64,000 nt of DNA, from positions 6,190 to 70,189 of the forward strand of contig VEQK01000005.1 in assembly GCA_018883265.1 (NCBI GenBank). Direction: 5' to 3'. Below, piece by piece: positions 41,954-52,807 of the stretch (positions are counted from its first letter, which is position 1; every line of letters starts with the position of its first letter). The DNA is from Rhodocyclaceae bacterium (GTDB lineage Bacteria > Pseudomonadota > Gammaproteobacteria > Burkholderiales > Rhodocyclaceae). The position numbers were made by a program, and so were the translations under genes. Below the pieces are notes generated by a model. The model was not told the origin of the DNA, made no database searches, and was given only the letters and a program-made list of their open reading frames with translations.

Positions 41954-42334
41954 TTAAGCTGCCTGAGCTGGGATACCGTTGCCGATGCGGGCGATACGGT
42001 TATTGGCGTCGGCATACACCAGCTGCGGTGCATAGTTGGCCAACTCGACTTCGTTGTAGACGGCAAAGGTAGCGATAATCAGCAGGTCGCCGGGCGCGGC
42101 ACGGCGGGCAGCCGAGCCGTTGACCGAAATGATGCCCGAACCGCGTTGACCACGGATGGCATAAGTCGTGAAGCGTTCGCCATTGTTGATGTTCCAGATG
42201 TCAATCTGCTCGTACTCGCGGATATTCGCGGCGTCGAGTAGATCTTCGTCAATGGCGCAAGAGCCCTCATAGTGCAACTCCGCATGCGTGGTGGTCACGC
42301 GGTGCAGCTTCGACTTGAGCATGGTTCTTTGCAT
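41954..42334 (-). CDS. panD: Aspartate 1-decarboxylase
   Basis: [14 protein letters not shown] cleavage site, NGSAARR. Confidence 0.97.
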   Translation of the reverse strand: MQRTMLKSKLHRVTTTHAELHYEGSCAIDEDLLDAANIREYEQIDIWNINNGERFTTYAIRGQRGSGIISVNGSAARRAAPGDLLIIATFAVYNEVELANYAPQLVYADANNRIARIGNGIPAQAA

Positions 42335-42450
42335 GGATTCTTAACCCTAAACGGCAAAAGGAAACGCATTGTGTCGCGTCAATTTGTGCCTGTCAATAAC
42401 CTTTTTTCGTTTTTTGTGCGGGACAAAAAACCTTTATAAATCAGCAGGTT

Positions 42451-43290
<840 letters not shown>

Positions 43291-44109
43291 TTATTCCGGG
43301 TACTGCTGATCCGGTCCGGGGAAAGTTCCGGCGCGGACCTCGTCAGCATAGGCAGCAATGGCAGCGGCAACGGAATCGCGACCGGCCATGAAATTTTTGA
43401 CGAAACGCGGCTTCTTGCCTGGCGCAATGTCGAGCATGTCGTGCAAGACCAGAACCTGGCCCGAGCAATGCGCGCTGGCGCCGATGCCGATAGTGGGAAT
43501 ACGTAGGTGATCGGTAATGAAGTCAGCGACTTTGGCAGGCATCGCTTCGAGGACGAGCAGGCTGGCGCCGGCTTCTTCCAGCGTTAGCGCGTCGGTGAGC
43601 AGGCGTTCGCGATCGCCGTCGCCGCGCCCCTGGACGCGATAGCCGCCAAGCTGGAAAACCGACTGGGGGGTCAGGCCGATATGGCCGCAGACCGGAATGC
43701 CGCGGTTGGTGAGAAAAGCGGTGGTCGTGGCCATGTCGCGTCCGCCTTCGATCTTGACCATCTGGGCGCCTGCCGCCATGAGTTGGGCGGCATTGCGAAA
43801 CGCGAGTTCCGGACTTTCCTGATAGGTGCCAAAGGGCATGTCGGCAATGATCAGCGGGTGATCGCAGCCGCGGGCGACGCAGGCGACGTGATACACCATA
43901 TCGGCTTGTGACACCGGCAGGGTTGAATCGTGACCCTGCAACACCATACCGAGCGAATCGCCGACCAGGAGCGCATCAACGCCGCTGGCCTCGGAAACGC
44001 GGGCAAAGGTGGCGTCGTAGCAAGTCAGCATGACGATCTTTTCACCGCGCTCGCGCTGGCGGGCTAGATCGAGGGGTGTCAGACGTCGCTGTGCGGTTTG
44101 GGCAGACAT
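43291..44109 (-). CDS. panB: 3-methyl-2-oxobutanoate hydroxymethyltransferase
   Basis: LTCYD, LVGDSLGM, KIEGG, GHIGLTPQ. Confidence 0.97.
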   Translation of the reverse strand: MSAQTAQRRLTPLDLARQRERGEKIVMLTCYDATFARVSEASGVDALLVGDSLGMVLQGHDSTLPVSQADMVYHVACVARGCDHPLIIADMPFGTYQESPELAFRNAAQLMAAGAQMVKIEGGRDMATTTAFLTNRGIPVCGHIGLTPQSVFQLGGYRVQGRGDGDRERLLTDALTLEEAGASLLVLEAMPAKVADFITDHLRIPTIGIGASAHCSGQVLVLHDMLDIAPGKKPRFVKNFMAGRDSVAAAIAAYADEVRAGTFPGPDQQYPE

Positions 44110-44185
44110 GCGGGTTCGGGTTCTTGGAATACGATATGAGGATGCCTAGGATACACAGCTATCCGTATAGGGCAAGCCCTGTCGT

Positions 44186-44698
44186 TTAAGCGGGTAGGCG
44201 GTCAATGGCCTGATCGGCAACTGCAGGCAGATAGTGATCGAGGCGTCCCAGTGCTGGCAGTTGTGCGTCCGGTAGCAGATCGAGCAGCGGACGCAGGACA
44301 AAGGCGCGTTCGTGCAGGCGTGGGTGAGGCAAGGTCAGCAGAGGTGAGTGCATCGTCACTGCGTCGAACATTAGTAGATCCAGATCCAGCGTTCGCGGCC
44401 CGTTACGGGCGATATCGTGACTTCGGTCCCGACCGAACTCGCGCTCGGTTTCCAGCAGCCAGTGCATCATCGATGCTGGTGTCAAGCTGGTTTGGCAGAC
44501 GGCGACGGCATTGATGTAATCCGGTTGCGCTTCGTTCGAACCGATCGGCGCCGTACGGTAGAACGGCGAGATGCGCCAATTAGCGGTCTGCGGGTGAGCA
44601 CGCAATGCGGCGACGGCGTTGCACATCGTGGAGACCGGATCACCCAGATTGGCGCCCAGCCCGATGACGGCAAGGTGGGGCAGTACGGACTGTGTCAT
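44186..44698 (-). CDS. folK: 2-amino-4-hydroxy-6-hydroxymethyldihydropteridine diphosphokinase
   Basis: IGLGANLG, GPRTLDLDLL, LPHPRLHERAFV. Confidence 0.96.
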   Translation of the reverse strand: MTQSVLPHLAVIGLGANLGDPVSTMCNAVAALRAHPQTANWRISPFYRTAPIGSNEAQPDYINAVAVCQTSLTPASMMHWLLETEREFGRDRSHDIARNGPRTLDLDLLMFDAVTMHSPLLTLPHPRLHERAFVLRPLLDLLPDAQLPALGRLDHYLPAVADQAIDRLPA

Positions 44699-46080
44699 AC
44701 GCCGCTATGGTCGGTCGGCGAGCCGGAACCTTCGCCACTAGCAACACCCCGACGGCGCCGGTTGCCGCCACGGCGTCGCTTTTTGGTCGGCGCCGTATCG
44801 CGCGGCGCCTGAGAGATCAGGGTTTCCTGGGCGTTGTGGTCGCCTTCTATAAAGGCGGTCCACCAGTTGCCCACTTCGGGATCGATTTCACCGGTCTCGG
44901 CACGTAGCAACATGAAGTCATAACCGGCACGGAAGCGGGCGTGCCCCAGCAGCGCATAAGGGCGTTTGCCGCTGCGTTGTTCGAAGCGCGGTTGCAGCGA
45001 CCAGATTTCCTTGATGTCGCCGACCAGACGTTTGGTGATGGCCAGCTTTTCGGCCTGCCGATCCAGCACGTCGCTCATGGCGGCAAACAGGGCCGGGATG
45101 CTGATCTCGCCCTTGGCTTTGCGCTGATTCCAGTTGGCCAGCACTTCGTGCCAGAGTAGGGCGGCGAACAGGAAACCCGGAGAAATGGATTTGCCCTCGC
45201 GAATACGGCGGTCGGTGTTGGTCAGCGCCTGTTCGACGAAACGTTCCCCCAGAGGTTGCTCCAGAATGACGTCGAGCAGCGGCAGCACGCCGTGGTGTAA
45301 CCCTTCGGCCCGCAACCGTTTGAGACAGGTCAGGGCATCACCGCAGGTCAAGAGCTTGAGCATCTCGTCAAACAGGCGCGAGGGCGGCACGTTGTCGAGT
45401 AGCGGCGCCATGCTGCGGATCGGTTTGCGTGTAGCCGTGTCGATCTCCAGCCCAAGCTTGGCGCCCAGGCGGACGGCGCGAAGCATACGCACCGGGTCTT
45501 CACGGTATCGGACTTCGGGGTCGCCGATCATGCGCAGCTTGCCTGCTTTGAGATCGGCGTAGCCGTGGTGATAGTCGTGAATCGTTTCGTCGTAGGGGTC
45601 GTAATACAGCGCGTTTACCGTGAAGTCACGGCGAGCGGCGTCGTCGGCTTGCGAGCCGAAGGTGTTGTCGCGCAGCACGCGGCCGTGGGCGTCCGTTGCG
45701 GTATCGTCATCATGCAGTGCGCGGAAGGTGGTGACCTCGATAAGCTCCTGGCCCACCATCACATGCACGATCTGGAAGCGCCGGCCGATAATGCGTGAGC
45801 GGCGACAGAGGCGTTTCACCTGTTCAGGCGTCGCGTTGGTGGCAATGTCAAAATCTTTGGGGTCGCGCCCCAGTAGCAGGTCGCGCACGGCGCCGCCAAC
45901 TACGAAAGCCTGGTAGCCGGCGCGCTCGAGATCTTCACAGACGCGTTCGGCACCGCGGCTCAGCATGTCATGCGTGATGCCATGTGTTTTCAGCGGAATG
46001 ATGTCCGGTTCACTGCGAGGTGCGGGTGCAGCAGGTGCGCCTGGAGACTTGAACAGTTTTTTGACGAAGCGGCGAATCAT
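44695..46080 (-). CDS. pcnB: Poly(A) polymerase I
   Basis: VGGAVRDLL, KDFDIAT, RRDFTVN, EDPVRMLR, Arg-rich tail; start set at MIRRF (46080). Confidence 0.95.
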   Translation of the reverse strand: MIRRFVKKLFKSPGAPAAPAPRSEPDIIPLKTHGITHDMLSRGAERVCEDLERAGYQAFVVGGAVRDLLLGRDPKDFDIATNATPEQVKRLCRRSRIIGRRFQIVHVMVGQELIEVTTFRALHDDDTATDAHGRVLRDNTFGSQADDAARRDFTVNALYYDPYDETIHDYHHGYADLKAGKLRMIGDPEVRYREDPVRMLRAVRLGAKLGLEIDTATRKPIRSMAPLLDNVPPSRLFDEMLKLLTCGDALTCLKRLRAEGLHHGVLPLLDVILEQPLGERFVEQALTNTDRRIREGKSISPGFLFAALLWHEVLANWNQRKAKGEISIPALFAAMSDVLDRQAEKLAITKRLVGDIKEIWSLQPRFEQRSGKRPYALLGHARFRAGYDFMLLRAETGEIDPEVGNWWTAFIEGDHNAQETLISQAPRDTAPTKKRRRGGNRRRRGVASGEGSGSPTDHSGV

Positions 46081-46808
46081 CCGGCAAGCCCGATCTTCTT
46101 GAAAATTTCCACAGCCGGTGTGGCGTCGCGCAGGGAAATGATGGGCCATCCTTCGAGCTGAGCCCGGGTGGTCAGTGTGTCATCGGCGTCGACGGCGACC
46201 GGGCGCGTCGACCACTCCAGGAGCGGCAGGTCGTTGTGCGAGTCGCTATAGAACCACCGTTCGGCAAAGCTGCCTTGCCATAGCCCGAGCGATTCCAACC
46301 AGGCATCAACGCGGGTGATTTTGCCGCGCTGGAACGACGGTGTGCCCACGGGCTTGCCGGTGAACTGGCCATCCATACAGCCGGGAATTGTCGCGATCAG
46401 ATGCGGGATGCCAAAGTCACGGGCAATGTCGCCGGTGACAAAGGCGTTGGTGGCTGTGACGATGGCGCACAGGTGGCCGAGTTCGAGGTGACGTTGCACC
46501 AGTACACGGGCATTCGCCAGCATGATGGGGCGGATATGGTCCGCCATAAATTCCCGGTGCCAGGCGTCGAGCTGGGCACGCGGATGGCGTGCCAGAGGCG
46601 CCAGCTGGAAATCCAGAAAGACATGAATATCGAGCGTGCCTGTTTTGTAGTCAGCGTAGAACTCGGCGTTCTTGGCGGCCTGCAGTTCGGGATCGACCAC
46701 GCCCTTTTTAATGAGGAACTGCGCCCACTCAAAGTCGGAGTCTCCATTGAGCAGGGTGTTGTCCAGATCGAAGAGGGCTAGTTGCAATGGTGGGGTCATG
46801 GTGGTCAT
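46077..46808 (-). CDS. HAD-IB family phosphatase
   Basis: FDLDNTLL motif I, VTAT, K(I), YSDSHNDLPLL motif IV. Confidence 0.9.
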   Translation of the reverse strand: MTTMTPPLQLALFDLDNTLLNGDSDFEWAQFLIKKGVVDPELQAAKNAEFYADYKTGTLDIHVFLDFQLAPLARHPRAQLDAWHREFMADHIRPIMLANARVLVQRHLELGHLCAIVTATNAFVTGDIARDFGIPHLIATIPGCMDGQFTGKPVGTPSFQRGKITRVDAWLESLGLWQGSFAERWFYSDSHNDLPLLEWSTRPVAVDADDTLTTRAQLEGWPIISLRDATPAVEIFKKIGLAG

Positions 46809-47473
46809 CAGAAAGGCGCGTTGGTTTCAGTGAGCGCCGTGCGCAGCAATGGGAGTGTAATGCGCCGCTTCTGCTCCAACGAGAGTTGATCCAGTCGTTC
46901 AATCAGTTGTGTCAGGTGAGAGAGGTCTCGCGGCGCGCGTTGGTAGAGCGTATCCAGGACATCATCGGTGAGTTGCCAACCGCGCTGGGCGGCACGCTTT
47001 GCCAACAGGGCGCGCTGTTGGGGTTCGCTCAAGGGATTCAATCGATAAATATGCCCGGCGCCCAAACGGGTGCGCACATCTTCACGTAAGGCATCTTGCA
47101 TGTCCGGAGAAACATCCAGTGTGACTAACAGACGTTCGTTGGTCTGTGCCAGGCGAATCAGTTGGCGGAACAGATCTTGTTGACCCTTAGCGTCGAGCTT
47201 CTGGGCGTCGTCAAGTAACCAGCCGGTCTGGGTCGTGGGTAGTATCTGTTCATTAAGAGGCAGGGGCATGAAGCCCTGTTCGGCCAGGCAACGGATCAGA
47301 AAGGATTTGCCCACGCCCTCGGCGCCCCAGACAACAAACAGATTGCCCGGATACGCCTGTGGGGCTTCCAGCCAGCGCTGTAAAGCTTCCAGGAACTCGG
47401 CATTGTCACCAGGCATGAAGTGGCTCAATGATGGTGACGGGTCGGGAAGAAGGTTCAGCAGCAGTTGTTGCAT
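46808..47473 (-). CDS. hda: DnaA regulatory inactivator Hda
   Basis: QLLL clamp-binding start, GAEGVGKS Walker A, DVRTRL, PRDL; divergent from purM. Confidence 0.85.
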   Translation of the reverse strand: MQQLLLNLLPDPSPSLSHFMPGDNAEFLEALQRWLEAPQAYPGNLFVVWGAEGVGKSFLIRCLAEQGFMPLPLNEQILPTTQTGWLLDDAQKLDAKGQQDLFRQLIRLAQTNERLLVTLDVSPDMQDALREDVRTRLGAGHIYRLNPLSEPQQRALLAKRAAQRGWQLTDDVLDTLYQRAPRDLSHLTQLIERLDQLSLEQKRRITLPLLRTALTETNAPF

Positions 47474-47585
47474 GGGGGCCCTGCGCGGGGGCAGGAGGGG
47501 CTCTCAATCGGGTACAATTCAGGCCTTACGGCCGCAAGCCGCCATTTTACACGGCATTGCGCCCAACTTTGCTTGAGGAACGCTC

Positions 47586-48683
47586 ATGTTTTGCCCGCTG
47601 ATGCCCGCCCGTCGCCTGTTTGCTACTCACGATGCCAAAACTGGTGGTGGGGTTGGCTTATCGTACCGTGATGCGGGCGTGGACATGGAAGCCGGCGACG
47701 AACTGGTCGAGCGCATCAAGCCCATGGCCAAGCGCACCATGCGCGAAGGCGTGATGGCCGGCATCGGCGGCTTCGGCGCGATGTTCGAGGTCTCGAAGAA
47801 ATACAAAGAACCGGTGCTGGTCTCGGGCACGGATGGCGTGGGCACCAAGCTGCGCCTGGCCTTCGCCTGGAATCGCCACGACACCATCGGCCAGGATCTG
47901 GTCGCCATGAGTGTCAACGACATTCTGGTGCAGGGCGCCGAGCCGCTGTTCTTCCTGGATTACTTTGCCTGCGGCAAGCTGGATGTGGATACCGCAGCTG
48001 CCGTGGTGGGCGGCATCGCCAAGGGCTGCGAACTGGCCGGTGCGGCACTGATCGGTGGTGAAACGGCCGAAATGCCGGACATGTACCCAGCCGGTGAATA
48101 CGACCTGGCGGGCTTTGCGGTCGGTGCGGTCGAGAAATCGCAGATCATCGATGGCAAGAGCATCAAGGCTGGCGATGTCATGCTGGGTCTCGCCTCAAGC
48201 GGTGCGCATTCAAATGGTTACTCGCTGATTCGCAAGATCATCGAGCGCAGCGGCGCCAAGCCCACCGATATGCTGGATGAGGTTACCCTGGGTGATCGGG
48301 TCATGGCCCCTACGCGTATTTACGTGAAGTCGGTGTTGGCGGCTTTCGCTGCCCTGCCGGGGGCGCTTAAAGGTCTCGCCCATATCACCGGCGGCGGCAT
48401 TACCGAAAACGTGCCGCGTATTCTGCAACCCGGGTTGACCGCCGAAATCCAGCGCAGTAGTTGGGAGCGCCCGGCGCTGTTCAACTGGCTGCAAGAAGCC
48501 GGTGGCGTGGCCGATGACGAAATGCACCGTGTGTTCAATTGCGGTATCGGTATGGTGATCGTCGTCGCCCCGGAAAACGCCGATGCTGTCAGCAAGGTCC
48601 TGGCCGAGCATGGCGAGCAGGTCAGCCGCATTGGTGTGATCCGCGCCAGCCAGCCAGGTGAAGCACCGACCGTGGTTGTTTGA
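47586..48683 (+). CDS. purM: Phosphoribosylformylglycinamidine cyclo-ligase
   Basis: [43 protein letters not shown]; exact start uncertain. Confidence 0.97.
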   Translation: MFCPLMPARRLFATHDAKTGGGVGLSYRDAGVDMEAGDELVERIKPMAKRTMREGVMAGIGGFGAMFEVSKKYKEPVLVSGTDGVGTKLRLAFAWNRHDTIGQDLVAMSVNDILVQGAEPLFFLDYFACGKLDVDTAAAVVGGIAKGCELAGAALIGGETAEMPDMYPAGEYDLAGFAVGAVEKSQIIDGKSIKAGDVMLGLASSGAHSNGYSLIRKIIERSGAKPTDMLDEVTLGDRVMAPTRIYVKSVLAAFAALPGALKGLAHITGGGITENVPRILQPGLTAEIQRSSWERPALFNWLQEAGGVADDEMHRVFNCGIGMVIVVAPENADAVSKVLAEHGEQVSRIGVIRASQPGEAPTVVV

Positions 48684-49631
48684 TCAAACGCTGAGAAATT
48701 CTGCAACGCGCCGGCCGATGAGGTCGGCGTTGTTTTTTTGAAGGCAGTCAAAAGCTTCGCAGTCGATGGAGTTGGTGAGCCAGGTGATCTGGCGCTTGGC
48801 CAGTTGACGCGTGGCGTAGATGCCGCGTTCTTCAAGCTCATCGGCCGGCAATGTGCCTTCCAACATCTCCCAGGCCTGGCGATAACCCACGCAACGCATG
48901 GAGGGTAGATCTGTGTGCAAGGTGTATTTAGCACGGAGTGCTTCTACCTCCTCGACGAACCCTTGTTGCAACATGAACTTGAAGCGCAAAGCGATGCGTT
49001 CGTGCAACCAGGCGCGGTCGCTGGGCAGTAACGCCAGAGACAGAAAGCGATAGGGCGGAGTTTCTTGTTGCGCTTGTTCGGCATAGAGCGCAGATGCCGG
49101 CCGGCCGCTGATCAGGCAGATTTCCAGCGCACGCTGAATACGTTGCGAATCATTGGGTGCAAGCCGTATGGCCGTGACCGGATCCAGCTTGGCGAGTTCT
49201 GCATGCATCGACGGCCATCCTTGTGCACGGGCACGCGCATCGAGATCGGCGCGCAGCGCGGCGTCTGCCTGGGGGAGATCCGACAGACCTTCGAGCAGCG
49301 CTTTCACATAGAGCATGGTGCCGCCGACGAGCAGCGGTATGCGATCGCGTGCGGTGCTGTCGGCCATGGCGGCGAGCGCGTCTTCTCGAAAGCGGGCAGC
49401 GGAATAGATTTCTTCCGGCGTGATGATATTAACGAGTGCGTGCGGATAGCGGTGCAGGGTTTCGGCATCGGGTTTGGCCGTGCCGATGTTCATATCTTTG
49501 AAGACGAGCGCCGAATCGACGCTGATCAGATCGATGGGGTGCTGTTCGGCTAGGCGTAAGGCCAGATCGGTTTTGCCGCTGGCCGTGGGGCCGAGTAGCA
49601 ATATGGCCGGTGGTAACTGCTTATCGGCCAT
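48684..49631 (-). CDS. miaA: tRNA dimethylallyltransferase
   Basis: [46 protein letters not shown]. Confidence 0.97.
   Translation of the reverse strand: MADKQLPPAILLLGPTASGKTDLALRLAEQHPIDLISVDSALVFKDMNIGTAKPDAETLHRYPHALVNIITPEEIYSAARFREDALAAMADSTARDRIPLLVGGTMLYVKALLEGLSDLPQADAALRADLDARARAQGWPSMHAELAKLDPVTAIRLAPNDSQRIQRALEICLISGRPASALYAEQAQQETPPYRFLSLALLPSDRAWLHERIALRFKFMLQQGFVEEVEALRAKYTLHTDLPSMRCVGYRQAWEMLEGTLPADELEERGIYATRQLAKRQITWLTNSIDCEAFDCLQKNNADLIGRRVAEFLSV
48714..48739 (+). terminator. Probable purM terminator lying inside the 3' end of miaA (antisense)
   Basis: GCCGA/TGAGG/TCGGC then GTTGTTTTTTT. Confidence 0.5.
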
Positions 49632-51408
49632 GCAGAAAGAGGGCATCAATCGCCGGCAGATCGACCAGAATCCAGGTTGGGCGGCCGTGGTTGCACTGGT
49701 CCGCTCGCTCGCTTGCTTCCATCTGCCGCAACAGCGCGTTCATCTCAGTCAGGCTCAGGCTGTGTTGGCCGCGAATGGCGGCGTGACAGGCGCAGGTGCC
49801 GAGCAGACGTTCGCGACGAGCCACAAGGTTGGCCTGCGCCGGAGACTCCTGCAACGCGTGGAGTAGTTCCTTGATGAGCGCGGCGGCGTCTATTTTTCCG
49901 AGGCCGGCGGGTACCTGACGTACGACCAGGGTATTGGGGCCCGCTTCGGAGACTTCGAACCCCAAATCGGTCAGTGCGGCCGGTTGTTCCTGCCAGGTTG
50001 CCATCTCCAGATCGCCGACGTTGACCGAGACCGGAATCAGCAAGGGTTGCATCGCCGGCGCCTGTAGTCCGCAGCTGGTCTTCAGCTTTTCATAGAGTAC
50101 GCGCTCATGCGCTGCATGTTGATCAATCAGGATCATGCCTTGTGCGTTCTGCGCGACGATGTAGCGGTCATGGAGTTGACCGATCGCGAAACCCAGCGGC
50201 GGGATGTCGTCGTTGGATGTGGGCACGGTGTGCTGGGGTGCTTGCCAGGCGATGGCGGTATTGATGCTGTCGGGTGTGGTCGGATAGCTTTGATAGGGCG
50301 ACCGTTGCTCGGCCAGGTGACGAGCCAATCCCAGCCCCTGCTGCTGGTAGGTTGCCGAAGGCGCCGACGCGGCCACGCGATCAAGACTGATCGGTGGCGC
50401 GGCCTCGGTGCTGACGGCCAGCACCTGCTTGAGTGCGTGATAGATGAACTGGTGGACAGCACGACTATCGCGGAAGCGGACTTCGGTTTTAGCTGGGTGG
50501 ACGTTGACGTCGACCAGCGTCGGGTCGAAAGTCAGGAACAGGCAGCAGCCTGGCTGCCGGCTGCCGTGTAACTGGTCGCGATAGGCTTCGCGGATCGCGT
50601 GTTGGATGACCTTGTCGCGCACATAACGACCATTGACGAACGTATGCTGTGCTTCGCGATCCGACAGAATGGCGGTGGGAATCATCGCCCAGCCGCGCAG
50701 TTGTAAGAGGTCGTTGCCCACGTCTACCGGGCGGCAGGCCTTGAGAAAATCGTCGCCGAGCACCTGACGGATGCGCCCTTCGCTGCTGTCGGCCGGCCAC
50801 GCATGAGACGGTTTGCCATCACGACTGACGGCAAAAGCGATCTCGGGGTGCGCAAGGGCCTGTCGGCGAATGGCCTCCATACAATGCGCCTGTTCCGTGC
50901 CGGCGCTCTTTAGAAATTTGCGACGCGCCGGGGTGTTGAAATACAGATCGCGCATTTCCACCACCGTGCCGGCCGGTAGCGAATCCGGCACGAGTTCGCC
51001 ATTGGCGGTGATACGCCATGCATGATCGCTGTGGCGCGCGGCGCTGGTCAGCGTGAGACGGGACACGCTGGCAATGGCCGCCAGCGCTTCACCGCGGAAG
51101 CCCATGGTGGCGACACGTTCCAGATCATCCAGCGAACGGATCTTGGAGGTGGCGTGGCGGGTCAGCGCCAGACCGAGTTGCCCTTGTTCGATGCCGCAGC
51201 CGTTATCCGTAATTCGGATCAGGCGCATACCGCCTTCTTCCAGGTCGATCCGGATACGGGTGCTGCCCGCGTCAATCGCGTTTTCCAGCAGTTCTTTAAG
51301 GACTGAGGATGGCCGTTCAACGACCTCGCCCGCCGCAATCTGGCTGATTAGGTGATCAGGCAGGGCGCGAATGACGGGTTGCTGGACAGGCGAGGCGAGG
51401 GTATTCAT
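49621..51408 (-). CDS. mutL: DNA mismatch repair protein MutL
   Basis: [33 protein letters not shown]; endonuclease motifs [11 protein letters not shown] and CNHGRP; start set at 51408. Confidence 0.97.
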   Translation of the reverse strand: MNTLASPVQQPVIRALPDHLISQIAAGEVVERPSSVLKELLENAIDAGSTRIRIDLEEGGMRLIRITDNGCGIEQGQLGLALTRHATSKIRSLDDLERVATMGFRGEALAAIASVSRLTLTSAARHSDHAWRITANGELVPDSLPAGTVVEMRDLYFNTPARRKFLKSAGTEQAHCMEAIRRQALAHPEIAFAVSRDGKPSHAWPADSSEGRIRQVLGDDFLKACRPVDVGNDLLQLRGWAMIPTAILSDREAQHTFVNGRYVRDKVIQHAIREAYRDQLHGSRQPGCCLFLTFDPTLVDVNVHPAKTEVRFRDSRAVHQFIYHALKQVLAVSTEAAPPISLDRVAASAPSATYQQQGLGLARHLAEQRSPYQSYPTTPDSINTAIAWQAPQHTVPTSNDDIPPLGFAIGQLHDRYIVAQNAQGMILIDQHAAHERVLYEKLKTSCGLQAPAMQPLLIPVSVNVGDLEMATWQEQPAALTDLGFEVSEAGPNTLVVRQVPAGLGKIDAAALIKELLHALQESPAQANLVARRERLLGTCACHAAIRGQHSLSLTEMNALLRQMEASERADQCNHGRPTWILVDLPAIDALFLHGR

Positions 51409-51490
51409 CCGTGGAATTATAGTGGGATCGGCTAAAATAGCGCCTTTGTGATTTTGTCGGCGGCATGGCTGCCGGGCGTGAAAGACCTCT

Positions 51491-52135
51491 ATGGAATGGC
51501 TGAGCTCGTTTGCTGATCTGGTACTGCATCTGGACAAGCACCTGGTGTTTTTTGTGCAGCAGTACGGCGACTGGGTATATGCGCTGTTGTTTGCCATCAT
51601 CTTTACCGAGACCGGGGTGGTGATCGCCCCGTTCCTGCCAGGCGATTCGCTGCTTTTTGTAGCCGGTGCGCTGTGTGTGACCGAGGGCATGAGTTTGCCC
51701 CTGCTGATGGCATTGCTGATCGTCGCCGCGATTCTGGGCGATGCCGTCAATTATTCGGTCGGCCGCTGGTTCGGCGAGGCGTTGATGACGCGTACCCGCC
51801 TGATCAGCCCGGAGAAAATTGAATATACGCAGCACTTTTTTGAAAAGCATGGCCCGAAGACGATTGTGATCGCCCGCTTTCTACCCATTGTGCGCACCAT
51901 GGCCCCGTTCGTCGCCGGTTTCAGTGGTATGCAGGCCAGGCGCTTTCTGACCTATAACGTCTCCGGCGGCATCCTGTGGGTAGTCTCGCTCACTGTAGCC
52001 GGTTATCTCTTCGGCAATATTCCGCTGGTCAAGAATAACCTGACGGCGGTGATTCTGCTGATCATCTTCCTGTCGATTCTGCCGGGCATCATTGCCTACC
52101 TGAAGGCACGGTCTGCCGGTAAGTCGGGAAGCTGA
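51491..52135 (+). CDS. DedA-family membrane protein
   Basis: FTETG...PFLPGDSLL, GD, ARFLPIVRT.APF.AG. Confidence 0.94.
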   Translation: MEWLSSFADLVLHLDKHLVFFVQQYGDWVYALLFAIIFTETGVVIAPFLPGDSLLFVAGALCVTEGMSLPLLMALLIVAAILGDAVNYSVGRWFGEALMTRTRLISPEKIEYTQHFFEKHGPKTIVIARFLPIVRTMAPFVAGFSGMQARRFLTYNVSGGILWVVSLTVAGYLFGNIPLVKNNLTAVILLIIFLSILPGIIAYLKARSAGKSGS

Positions 52136-52138
52136 GGT

Positions 52139-52807
52139 ATGACGGTTGTTAAAACCCGCTGCGTTGTCCTCATTTCAGGTCGCGGCAGCAACCTCGAAGC
52201 GATTCTGAAGGCGGCTGGTGCGCCGGATTATCCGGCGGCCGTCGTTGCCGTGGTCTCTAACAAAGTTGATGCGCTCGGCCTGCAGTTGGCCAGAGATGCC
52301 GGGATTCCCGTGGCTGTGGTGCCCAATACCGATTACCCGGACAGAGTCGCTTATGATCGCGCATTGCAGACCGTGGTGGATACCTTTGAACCGGATCTGG
52401 TGGTGCTGGCCGGTTTTATGCGGATACTGACGCCGGAATTTGTGGCGCATTATGAAAACAGGATGATCAATATTCATCCGTCACTGTTGCCGGCCTTTAC
52501 GGGCTTGCATACGCACCAGCGGGCGCTGGATGCTGGTGTGCGCTTTCATGGATGCACCGTGCATTTTGTGACCGCCGAACTGGATCATGGTCCGATCATC
52601 GTGCAGGCGGCGGTGGAAGTGCATGCGGATGACGATGCGCATTCGCTGGGCGCTCGTGTTCTGAGCGAAGAGCATCAGATTTATCCGACGGCCGTTCGTT
52701 GGTTTGCCGAGGGTCGTTTACACATTGCGGGGCAGGGCGTCCGGGTCGAGGGTCGTGCTGACCCGCTTTCGGCTGTTGTTGCCCCCCGCCTGAAAGCCAT
52801 TGTATGA
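52139..52807 (+). CDS. purN: Phosphoribosylglycinamide formyltransferase
   Basis: ISGRGSNL, LAGFMRIL, NIHPSLLP, GCTVHFV, LDHGPII. Confidence 0.97.
   Translation: MTVVKTRCVVLISGRGSNLEAILKAAGAPDYPAAVVAVVSNKVDALGLQLARDAGIPVAVVPNTDYPDRVAYDRALQTVVDTFEPDLVVLAGFMRILTPEFVAHYENRMINIHPSLLPAFTGLHTHQRALDAGVRFHGCTVHFVTAELDHGPIIVQAAVEVHADDDAHSLGARVLSEEHQIYPTAVRWFAEGRLHIAGQGVRVEGRADPLSAVVAPRLKAIV

Noticed and set aside
49621-50200. Endonuclease-type MutL C-terminus as a novelty
   Set aside because: This is the normal MutH-independent form in most bacteria.
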